A DNA stretch of 64,000 nucleotides from the human T2T-CHM13v2.0 reference genome, Homo sapiens. Where the stretch lies: NCBI RefSeq assembly GCF_009914755.1, contig NC_060940.1, one strand, 5' to 3'. Below the pieces are notes generated by a model that saw nothing but the letters and a program-made list of their open reading frames with translations, was not told where the DNA came from and made no database searches. This document shows, piece after piece, positions 1-12,669 of this stretch (within the stretch, counting starts at the first letter, position 1; every line of letters begins with the position of its first letter). Both the position numbers and the translations under genes were made by a program.

Positions 1-3000
1 TTCGATTCCATTCGCTGATGTTTCCGTTCAATTCCATTCGATGATGATTCCATTCGATTCCATTCATTGAGGATTCCATTTGATTCCATTCAATGATGAT
101 TCCATTCTATTCCATTCAATGATTGCATTCAATTCCATTCAATGATTATGCCATTAGAGTAAATTCAACGATTCCATTCAATACCATTCGATGATGATTC
201 CTTTTGAGTCCATTCAATGATTTCATTCAAGTCCATTTGATGATTCCTTTCAATTCCATTCCATGATGATTCCATTCGAGTCCATTCGATGATTCCATTC
301 GATTGCATTCGATGATTCCATTATATTCCATTCAACGATGATTCCATTCGAGTCCATTCGATGATTCCATTAGAGTACATTTAATGATTGCTTTGTTTTC
401 AATTCGAAGATGATTACATTGGATTCCATTCTATGATTCCATTCGATTCCATTCATTGATGATTCCACCCAATTCCATTCGATGATGATTCCATTCGATT
501 TCATTCAATGATTCTACTCGATTCCATTCAATGATGATTCAATTCTATTCCGTTTGATGATTCCATTAGATTCCATTCTATGATGATTCCATTCGAGTCC
601 ATTCGAAGATTTCATTCGATTACATTCCATGACGATTCCATTCGAGTCCATTCGATGATTCCATTTGAATCCATTCGACGATGATTCCATTTGATGCTAT
701 TCGATGATTCCATTGGATTCCATTCGATGATGATTCCATTCGACTTGATTTGATGTTTCTATTTGAGTCCATTCGGTTATTTTATTAGACTACATTCGAT
801 GATGATTCCATTCGATGCCATTCAATGATTCCATTTGATTCCACTCAATGATGATTGCATTCGTGTCCATTCGATGATTCCATTTGGTTCCATTTGATGA
901 TGATTCCATTCGAGTCCATTCGATGATACCATTCAATTCCATTCGATGATCATTCCATTCGAATCCATTTGATGATTCCACTCAATTCCATTTGATGACT
1001 CCTTTCATTCCCATTCGATGATTCCCTTCAGTTCCAATTGGATGATCTTTCCATTTGATTCAATATGGTGACTCCATTCTATTATATTCAATGATGATTC
1101 CATTCGACTCCATTAGATGATGACTCCATTCCATTCCATTCGATTGTGATTTCATTCGATTCCATTCGAAGATGATTCCATTCGAGTCCATTTGATGATT
1201 CCATTCGATTCCATTCAATGATGATTCCACTCAAATCCATTGGATGATTCCATTCGTTTCCAATTGGTGATTTCATTAGATTCCATTCGAGGATGATTCT
1301 ATTCGAGTCCATTCAATGATTCCATTGGATTCCGTTTGATAATGATTCCATTAGAGTTCATTCGATGATTCCCTTCGAGTCCATTCGATTATTTCTTTTG
1401 ATTCCATTTGATGATGATTCCATTCGATTCCATTCAATGATTCCATTCCATTCCATTCGATGATGATTCCATTCGATAATGATTACATTCGAGCCCATGT
1501 GATGATTCCATTAGATTCTATTCAATGATGATTCCATTCGACCACATTCGATGATGGCATTCGAGTCCATTCGATGATTTCACTCGATTCCACTTGATGA
1601 TGATTCCTTTTGAGTCCATTTGATGATTACATTCGAGTCCATGAGATGACTCCATTCGATTCCATTTCATGATGATGCAATTCGAGGCTATTCGATCATC
1701 CCACTTTAGTGCATTCGGTGATTCTCTTTTATTACATTCGATGAGGGCTCCATTCGAGTCCATTCAATGATTCCATTAGATTCCACTCGATGATGATTCC
1801 ATTTGAGTCCATTCAAAGATTCCTTTCGAGTCCATTCGATAATTCTATTGGATTCCACTAGGTGATGATTCCTTTCGAGTCAATTCGATGATTCCTTTCA
1901 AGTGCCTTCAATGATTCCATTCGATTCCATTCGATGACGATTCATTTCAAGTCCATTCAATGGTTCCATTCTGTTGAATTTGATGGTTCCATTTGATTCC
2001 ATTCGATGATGATTCCATTCGTGTCCATTGGATGATTCCATTCGATTCCTTTCGAGGAAGATTCCATTCGACTCCATTCGATGATTCCGTTCGATTCCAT
2101 TCCATGATGATTCCATTTGATTCCATTCCATGATTCCATTCGATACCATTCGATGATGATTCCATTCGACTCCATTTGATGAATCCATTCAATGCTTCCA
2201 TTCGAGTCCATTCGATGATTCCATTCGATTCCATTCCATGAAGATTCCATTCGAGTACATTTGATGATTCCATTTAATTCCATAGGATGATGATTCTATT
2301 AGGGTCCGTTGACTATTCCATTCAATTCCATTCGAAGATTCCATTCGAGTCCACTCGATGATTCTATTTGATTCCATTTGATAATTCCATTCGATTCCAT
2401 TTGATGTTGATTCCATTCGAGTCCATTCGATCATTATTACATTTGATTCTATTCGATGATTCCATTCGATTCCATTTGATGAGGATTCCATTCGAGACCA
2501 TTTGATGATTCCATTCAATTCCATTGGATGATTCCAATATTTTCCATTAGATGATGATTCCATTCGATTCCATTCAATGATGATTCCATCAGAATCCATT
2601 CGATGATGACTCCTTTTGCTTCCATTCAATGATCATTACATTCGGTTCCATTCGATGATGATTCCTTTGGATTCCATTCGATGATGCTTCCATTCGATTC
2701 CATTTGATGATGATTCTTTTCGATTCCATTTGATGATGATTCCATTTGATTCCATTCGATGGTGATTCCATTTGATGATTCCATTCGATTGTATTCGATG
2801 ATGATTCCACTCGATTCTATTTGATGATGACTGCATTCGATTCCATTTGATGATTCCATTTGATTCCATTCGATGATGATTCTGATCAATTGCATTCGAT
2901 GATCCATTCGATTCCATTTGATGGTTCCATTTGATTCCATTTGATAATGATTCCTTTCGAGTCCATTCGATGATTCCATTTGCGGATATTCGATAATTCC

Positions 3001-3878
3001 ATTTGAGTCCAACCGATGATTCCATTCGAGGCCATTCAATCATTCTTTTTGAGTCCTTTCGATAAAGATTCCATTTTAGTCCATTCAATAATTCCACTGG
3101 AGTCCATTCGATGATTGCTTTTAATTCCATTCGATGATATTCCATTCGAGTCCATTCGATGATTCCATTCGTTGCTATTAGATGATGATTCCATTCATGA
3201 CCATTTGGTGATTCCATTCGATTTCATTCGTTGATGATTCCATTCGAGTCCATTCCATGATTCCATTCAAGTCCATTTGATGATTTCTTTGAATTCAATT
3301 CGATGATGATTCCATTCGAGTCCATTCGATGATTCCATTCAGTTCCATTCGATGATGATTCCTTTCGAGACCATATGATGATTCCATTTGATTTCATTCG
3401 ATGATGATTCCATTCGATTCCATTCGATGATTCCATTCTATTCCATTCGATGATGATTCCATTCGAGTCCATTTAATGATTCCATTGGGTTCAATTCAAT
3501 GATGATTACATTGGATTCTCTTCTATGATACCATTCAATTCCGTTCATTGACAATTTGATTCCATTCGATGATGATTCCATTTGAGTTCATTCGATGATT
3601 CTATTCGATTCTCTTCGATGGTGATTCAATTCTATTATATTGGATGATTCCATTCGATTCCATTTGATGTTGATTCAATTCGATTCTATTCGATGATGAT
3701 TCCATTGGATTTCATTTGATGATTCTATTCGATTCCATTCAATGATGATTCACTTCTCGTCCATTGGATGATTCCATTTCATTCCATTCGATGATGATTC
3801 CATTCGATTCCATTCGATGATTCCATTTGATTCCATGCGACGGTGAGCAATTCGATTCAATTCCATGATGATTCTATT

Positions 3879-3889
3879 TGATTCAGTTA
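3879..3889 (-). promoter_or_regulatory. Candidate DUX4-type site TAACTGAATCA (also 16548, 29213, 41868)
   Basis: + strand tgattcagtta, whose reverse complement fits TAAYBBAATCA. It is the paralogous position to 4695 in an older sub-module. Confidence 0.4.
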
Positions 3890-4694
3890 GATGATGTTTC
3901 CATTCGAATCCATTCCATGATTATTCCATTGGAATCCATTCGGCGATGATTCCATATGAGTCAATTCAATGATGCTTCCATATGGGTCAGTTCGATGATA
4001 ATTCCATTTGATTTCATTCGATGCTTCTATTCAATTCCAGTCGATGATGATTCCGTTGGAGTCCATACGATGACTCCATTTGATTTCATTTGATGATGAT
4101 TCCATTCGATTCCATTCGATGACTCCATTCTGTTCCATTCGATGATGATTCCATTCGAGTCCATTCGATGATTCCATTCGAGTCCATTTCATGATTCCAT
4201 TGGGTTCAATTCGATGATGATTACACTGGATTCCATTCTATGATTCCATTCAATTCCATTCGTTGATGATTCGATTCCATTCAATGATGATTCCATTTGA
4301 GTTCATTCGATGATTCTATTCGATTCCGTTCGATGGTGATTCAATTCTATTATATTGGATGATTCCATTCGATTCCATTTGATGATGATTCCATTCGATT
4401 CCATTCGATGATGATTCCATTTGATTCCATTTGATGTTGATTCTATTCGATTCTATTCAATGATGATTCCATTCGATTTCATTTGATGATTCTATTCGAT
4501 TCCTTTCGATGATTCTATTCCATTCCATTCGATGATGATTCAATTCTCTTCCATTGGATGATTCCATTTTATTCCATTCGACGATGACTCCATTTGATTC
4601 CATTCAATGATGATTCCATTCGATTCCATTCGGTGATTCCATTTGATTCCATTCGACGGTGAGCAATTTGATTCAATTCCATAATGATTCTATT

Positions 4695-4705
4695 TGATTC
4701 AATTA
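4695..4705 (-). promoter_or_regulatory. Candidate DUX4-type double-homeodomain site TAATTGAATCA (also 17364, 30029, 42684, 55348)
   Basis: + strand tgattcaatta, whose reverse complement fits the DUX4 consensus TAAYBBAATCA. DUX4 is known to bind and activate HSATII. Occupancy at this site is not shown. Confidence 0.45.
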
Positions 4706-4742
4706 GATGATGTTTCCATTCGAATCCATTCGGTGATGATTC

Positions 4743-6418
4743 CATTGGTATCCATTCGACGATGATTCCATATGAGTCAATTCGATGATGATTCCATACG
4801 AGTCCGTTGGATGATAATTCCATTTGATTTCATTCAATCCTTCTATTCGATTCCATTTGATGATGATTCCATCTGAATCCATTCTCCGATTCCATTCGAT
4901 TTCATTCGATGCTTCTATTTGATTTCATTCGAAGATGATTCCTTTCAATTCCGTTCATTAATTCCATTTGATTCCATTCGATGATGATTCCATCCGATTC
5001 CATTGGATGATGATTCCATTCGAGTCCATTCGATGATTCCGTTCTAATCCATTCTATGATTCCATTCGAGTCCATTCGATGATTCCATTCAATTCCATTC
5101 AGTGATGATTCCATTTGATTCCATCTGATGATGATTTCATTTGATTCCATTCGATGATGATTCCATTGGAGTCCATTGAATGATTCAATTCAATTCCATT
5201 CCATGTGGATTCCATTCGAATTCATTCGATTATTCCATTCAAATCCCTTCGTTGATTCCATCTGATTCCACTTGACGATGATTCCATTCAAGTCCAATCG
5301 ATGATTCCATTCGGTTCCATTCAATGATTCCATTCGAGTCCATTTATGTATTATATTCGTGTCCACTTGATGACTCCATTCAATTCCATTTAATGATGAT
5401 TCCATTTGATTCCATTTGATGATTCAGTTCGATTCCTTACAATGATTCCCTACGATTCCTTTCTATGATGATTCCATTCGATTCCATTCATTGATGATTC
5501 CATTCGACTCCATTCAATGATGATTCCTTTCGATTCCATTTGACGATGTTTCCATTTGAGTCCATTCGATGATGATTCCATTGGTATCCATTCGACGATG
5601 ATTCCATATGAGTCAATTCGATGATGATTCCATACGAGTCCGTTGGATGATAATTCCATTTGATTTCATTCAATCCTTCTATTCGATTCCATTTGATGAT
5701 GATTCCATCTGAATCCATTCTCCGATTCCATTCGATTTCATTCGATGCTTCTATTTGATTTCATTCGAAGATGATTCCTTTCAATTCCATTCATTAATTC
5801 CATTTGATTCCATTCGATGATGATTCCATCCGATTCCATTGGATGATGATTCCACTCGAGTCCATTCGATGATTCCGTTCTAATCCATTCTATGATTCCA
5901 TTCGAGTCCATTCGATGATTCCATTCGATTCCATTCAGTGATGATTCCATTTGATTCCATCTGATGATGATTTCATTTGATTCCATTCGATGATGATTCC
6001 ATTGGAGTCCATTGAATGATTCAATTCAATTCCATTCCATGTGGATTCCATTCGAATTCATTCGATTATTCCATTCAAATCCCTTCGTTGATTCCATCTG
6101 ATTCCACTTGACGATGATTCCATTCAAGTCCAATCGATGATTCCATTCGGTTCCATTCAATGATTCCATTCGAGTCCATTTATGTATTATATTCGTGTCC
6201 ACTTGATGACTCACTCCATTCAATTCCATTTAATGATGATTCCATTTGATTCCATTTGATGATTCAGTTCGATTCCTTACAATGATTCCCTACGATTCCT
6301 TTCTATGATGATTCCATTCGATTCCATTCATTGATGATTCCATTCGACTCCATTCGATGATGATTCCTTTCGATTCCATTTGACGATGTTTCCATTTGAG
6401 TCCATTCGATGATGATTC
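4743..6418 (+). repeat. 836/840-bp near-perfect tandem duplication inside HOR copy 1
   Basis: ttggtatccattcgacg occurs at 4745 and 5581. ORFs 4902/5738 translate identically at offset 836. A 4-bp actc insertion at ~6,210 in the second half makes the offset 840 (5521-5578 = 6361-6418). Confidence 0.93.
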
Positions 6419-9400
6419 AATTCAGTTCTGTTCTATTATGAATCCATTCGATTTCATTCAATGCTTCTATTTGATTCCATTCGACGATGATTCCATCTCT
6501 TTCCCTTCGATGTTTCTATTTGATTCCATTCAGTGATGATTCCATTTGATTCCATCTGATGATGATTTCACTTGATTCATTTCAATGATGATTCCATTCA
6601 AGTCCATTCGATGATTCCATTGGAGTCCAAACGATCATTCCATTCGATTCCATTCAATGATGATTCCATTCATGTCCATTCAATGAATCCTTTCAATTCC
6701 ATTCGATGATGACTCCATTCGAGTACATTCGATGATTCCATTTGATTCCATTTGATGATGATTACATTCAATTCCATTCGAAGATGATTCCATTCAATTC
6801 CACTTGATGATGATTCCGTATGAATCCATTCGCTGATTATTCCATTCGATTCCATTCATTGACGATTCCATTCGATTCCATTCAATGATGATTCTCTTCT
6901 ATTCCATTCGATGATTCCGGTCGATTCCATTCGATGATGATTCCATTAGATTCCATTCGATTGTTGCATTCGATTCCCTTCGATGATGATTCCTTTGAAT
7001 TCCATTCGATTATGATTCCGTATGAATCCATTTGATGATTATTCCATTGGATTCCTTTCGATGATGATTCCATTCGATTCCATTTGATGATGTTTCTCAT
7101 GTATTCCATTTGATAATTCCTTTCAATTCCCTTCGATGATGATTCTTTCGAGTCAATTCGATGATTCTATTCCATTCCCTTCGATGATGATTCCATTTCA
7201 CTCCATTCGATGATTCCATTCGATTCAATTTGGTGATGATTCAATTCGATGACATTCGATGACTCCATTCAATTTCATTTGATGATGATTACATTCGAGT
7301 CCATTTGATGATTGTATTCCTTTCCTTTTGATGATTATTCCATTCGTGTCTATTCAAAGATTCCATTCTATTCCATTCAATGATGATTCCAATTGATTCC
7401 ATTCAATGATTATGGCTATCGATTCCACTCGTTGATTCCATTTGATTCCATTCGATGATTATTCCGTTAGATTCCATTAGGAGATTCCATTCGATTTTAT
7501 TCAATGATTCCAATTGATTCCATTCAATGATGATTCCATTTGACTCCATTCAGTGATTCCATTTGAGTCCATTTGATGATTCCATTCGAGTCCATTTGAT
7601 GATTCCATTCTTTTCCATTTGATGATGATTCCATTAGGGTCCATTCAATGATTCCATTCGAGTCCATTCGTTAATGCCTTTCGAGTCCTTTTGATCACTA
7701 CATTCGAGTCCATTCAATGATTCTATTCGATTCCATTCCATGATGATTCCATTCGAGTTCATTCGATGATTGCATTCGAGTCCATTTGATGATTCCATAA
7801 GATTCCATTCGACAATGATTCCATTCGTGTCCATTTGATGATTCCATTCATTTCCTATCGATGAAGATTCCATTCGAGTGTATTCGATGATTCCATTCAA
7901 ATCCATTCGATGATGATTCCATTCCAGTCCATTCGATCATTCCACTTGATTCCATTTGATGACTATTCCATTCAAATCCATTTGATGATTCCATTCGATT
8001 CCATTCGATGTTACCATTCCAGTATATACGATGATTCCACTCGATTCCATTTGATGATTATTCCATTGGAGTCGACTTAGTGAATCCTTTAGATTCTACT
8101 CGAAGATGATTCCATTCGAGTCCATTCGATGATACCATTCAATTCCATTCGTTGATGCTTCCATTCAAGTGCATTCGATGATATCATTCGATTCCATTTG
8201 ATGATAATTCCATTTGATTCCATGTGATGATTCTATTCCATTCCATTCAATGATAATTCCATTCAATTCAGTGATTCCTCTGGACTCCATTTGATGATGA
8301 TTCCATTCAATGATTCCATTCGATTCTATTCGAAAATGATTCCATTTGAATCCATTTGATGATGATTCCATTCGATTCCATTTGATGATTCCATTCGATT
8401 CCATTCGACGATGATTCCATTCGATTCCATTTGATGATTCCATTCTATTCTATTCGATGATGATTCCATTCGATTCCATTCGATGATGATTGGATTCGAT
8501 TCCATTTGATGATTTCATTTGATTCCATTCGATGATGATTTCGATCAATTCCATTCGATGATTCCATTCGATTCCATTTGATAATGATTACATCCGAGTC
8601 CATTCGATGATTCCATTTGAGCCCGTTCGATAATTCCATTTGAGTCCAATCAATGATTCCATTCATTTCCATTCAATGATTCCATTCGAGTCCATTTGAT
8701 CATTCCGGTAGGGTCCGTTCGATGTTGATTCCATTGGAGTGCATTCGATGATTCCATTCGAGTCCATTTTAGGATTTGATTCGAGTCCTTTCGATGATTC
8801 CATTCGATTCCACTCGATGCGATGATGATTTCATTCGAGTCCATTCGACACTTCCAATCGATTCCATTTGATGTTTCCATTCGAGTCCAATTGATGATTC
8901 CATTCAATTCCATTCGATGATGATTCCGTACGATTCCATTCTGTGATGATTCCATGTGATTGCATTCAATGATGATTCCTTTCGATTGCAATCGATTATG
9001 ATTCATTTCGTGTTCATTCTATGGTTCCACAGGTTTCACATCGTGTCCATTCCATTATTCCATTCTATTCCATTTGATGATGATTCCATTCGATTCCATT
9101 CATTGGTGATTCCACTCAATTCCATTCAATGATTCCATTCCATTTCTTTCAACAATGATTCCATTAGTTTCTAATCGATGATCCACTTGATTCCATTTGA
9201 CGATGATTCCATTCTTGTCCATTCGATGATTCCATTTGATTCCATATGATGATGATTCCATTCGATTCCATACGATGATGATTCCATTCGAGTCCATTCA
9301 ATGGTGATTCCATTCAATTCCATTCGATGATTCCTTTCGATTCCATTTGATGATGATGGCATTCGATTCCTTTCAATCATTCCCTTTGATTCCACTCAAA

Positions 9401-12400
9401 GGTGATTTCATTCAAGTCCATTCGATAATTGCATTCGATTCCATTCTATGATGATTCCATTCGAGTCCATTTGATGATTCCATTCAATTCAAGTCAATGA
9501 TGATTCCATTCGATTCCATTCGATGATTCCATTGGATTCCATTCGATGATGATTCCATTCAAATCCATTCGATAATTCAATTCACGTCCATTCGATGATG
9601 ATTCCAATCGAATCCATTCAAAGATTCCATTCAATTCCATTCGATGATTCCCTTAGATTCCATTCGATGATTCCACTTGATTCCATTTACGATGATTCCA
9701 TTCGATTCCATGTGATGATTCCATTCAATTCTATTCAATGATGTTTCCATTTGATTCCATTCGACCATGATTGCCTTTGATTCCATTCAATGATTCCATT
9801 CGGTTCCGTTTGATGATGATTCCGTTCGATTCCATTTGATGATTCCATTTGATTCCATTGGATGAGTCCATTCGATTACATTCGATGATTATTCCATTCG
9901 AGTGCATTAGATGATTCCATTCGAGTCCATTCGATGATTCCATTCGAGTCCATTCGATGATTCCATTCGATTCCATTCGATGTTGATTCTGTTCAAATCC
10001 ATTCGATGATTCCACTCGATTCCATTCGATGACTCCATTTGATCCCATTCGATGATTTCCTTTGATTCCCTTTGATGATCATTCCATTTGATTCAATTCG
10101 GTGATTTCATTTGATTCCATTCAGTGATGTTTCCATTCGACTCCATTCGATGATGATTCCATTCGACTCCATTCGATTATGATTTCATTCAATTCCATTC
10201 GATAAAGATTCCCTTCGAGTCCAATCGATGATTCCATTCGATTCCATTCAACGATGATTTGATTCGTGTCCATTCGATGATTCCATTTGATTCCACTTGA
10301 TGATGATTCCATTCGAGTCCATTTGATGATTCCATTCAATTCCATTCTCCGATGATTTCTTTTGAGCCCATTCAATGCTTCCACTCGATTACATATGATG
10401 ATGACTCCATTCGATGAAACTCGATGATGATTCCATTCGCTTGCATTCGATGATGGTTCCACTTGAGTCCGTTAGAAGTTTCTATTCAATTACATTCCAT
10501 GACGATTCCGTTCGAGTCCATTTGATGATTCCATTACACTCCATTCGACAATGATTCCATTCAATGTTATTCGATGATTCCATTCGATCTCATTCGATGA
10601 TGATTCCATTCAACTCCATTCGATGTTTCCATTCGAGTTCATTCTATTATTCCATTAGATTCCATTCGATGATGATTCCATTCGATTCCATTTGATGATT
10701 GCATTCTATTTCATTTGATGATGATTCCATTCGAGTCCATTCGATGATTCCATTCGAGTCCATTTAATGAATCCATTGGTTTCAATTCTATGATGATTAC
10801 ATTGGATTCCATTCGTTGATGATTTCATTCGATTCCATTCAATGATGATTCCATTCAATTCCATTCAATGATTCCATTCAATTCCATACGATGATGATTC
10901 CATTTGATTTGATTCGACAGTGAGCCATTCGATTCAATTCCATGATGATACTATTTGATTCACTTGGTTGACATTTCCATTCGATTCCATTCGATGATGA
11001 TTCCATTTGATTCCATTCAAAGATGATTCCATTCTAGCCCATTCAATCATTCCATTCGATTCTATTCAATGATGATTCCATTCATGTCGATTTGGTGATT
11101 CCATTTGACTTCATTTGATGATGATTCCTTTCAAGTTCATTAGATGATTCCATTCGATTCCATTTGATGATGATCCCATTCGAGTCCATTCAGTGATTCC
11201 ACTCGTTTCCATTCCATGATGATTCCATTCCATTCCATTCAATGATTCCATTCGATTCCGTTTGATGATGATTTCATTCGAGTCCATTTGATGATTCCAT
11301 TTGATTCCATTCGATGATGATTCCATTCGAGTCCATTCGATGATTCTATTCGAATCCATTTGATGATTTCTTTTGATTATATTTGGTGATGATTCCATTG
11401 GAGTCCATTCAATGATTCCATTCGATTCCAATCGATGGTGGTTCCATTAGAGTCCATTTAATGATTCCATTTGATTCCAGTCTCTGATGTTTACATTCGA
11501 GTCCATACGATGATTCCACTCAATTCCATATGATGATGATTCCATTCGATTCCATTCGATGATTCCATTCTATTCTATTCAATGGTGATTCCATTCGAGT
11601 ACATTAGATGATTCCATTCGATTCCATTCAATGATGATTCTATTTGTGTCCCTTAGATGATTCCACATGATTCCATTAGATGATGATACTACTTGAGCCC
11701 ATCCAATCATTCCCTTCGATTCCATTCGATGAGGATTCCATTCGATTCAATTCATTGGTGATTCTATTCAATTCAATTCTTTGATTCCATTCCATTCCAT
11801 TCGACAATGATTCCATTCGATTTCTTTCGATGATTCCACTCGATTCCACTTGACATTGATTCCCTTCGATTCCATTCAATGATTCCATTTGATTCCAGTG
11901 GATGATGATTGCCATCGATTCCATTTGATCACTCCATTCTATTCCATTTGATGATGATTACATTCGATTCCATTTGATGATTCCATCTGATTCTATTCGA
12001 GGATTCCATTTGATTCCATTCGATGATGATTCCATTCGAGTCCATTCGATGATTTCATTCGAGTACATCCAATGATTCCATTCGAGTCCATTTGATGATT
12101 CCATTTCATTCCATTTGATTATGATTCTACTAGAGTCCATTCAATGACTCCATTCGAGTCCATTCAACAATTCCATCCGAGTCCATTCGATGATTCCATT
12201 CGATTCCATTTGATGATTCCATTCGAGTCCATTTAATCATTACAGTCGAGTCCATTTGGTGATTCCACTGGATTTCTTTTGATAATGATACCATTCAATT
12301 ACATTTGATGATGATCCCATTCAATTTCATTTGATGATGATTCCATTAGAGTCCATTCCATGATTTCATTCGAGTCCCTTCATTGATTCCATCCGATTTC

Positions 12401-12669
12401 ATTTCATGATGACTCCATTCGAGTCCATTCGATGATTCCACTCGATTCCATTAGATGATTCCATTGGAGTCCATTTGATTGTTCCATTCGATTCCATTCG
12501 ATTCCTTTCGAAGATTATTCCATTTGAGTCCATTCGATGATGATTCCATTCCATTCCATTCGATGATTCCGTTTGATTCCATTCGATGATTCCCTGCGAT
12601 TCCTTTCTATGATGATTCCATTCCATTCCATTCAATGATTCCATTCGAATCTATTCCATGATGATTCCT

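Larger units (their letters stand above)
1..12669 (+). repeat. ~12.67-kb higher-order repeat, copy 1 (12,669 bp; phase set arbitrarily by the window start)
   Basis: The start string ttcgattccattcgctgatgtttccgttcaa recurs at 12670, 25335, 38004 and 50636. The ORF track repeats with offset 12,669 (790->13459, 4569->17238, 10121->22790). Confidence 0.96.

Noticed and set aside
2636-3217. Longest ORF (193 aa), nearly identical in four copies
   Set aside because: Its conservation simply reflects recent HOR duplication. The peptide is the same satellite-derived repeat, and there is no sign of gene structure.
5340-5362. AT-rich tttatgtattatatt as a TATA-like promoter
   Set aside because: It is explained by point mutations of the monomer (cgatgattccatt), with no downstream gene or other support.
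1-12669. Unit as a dimer of ~6.1-6.3 kb (chr16-like) repeats, or assignment to a specific chromosome or subfamily
   Set aside because: Rare landmarks (gagtaaattcaacg, gagggctcc, gtcgacttag, cacaggtttc) occur once per unit, with no counterpart ~6.3 kb away by eye. Chromosome assignment needs a database alignment that I cannot run.
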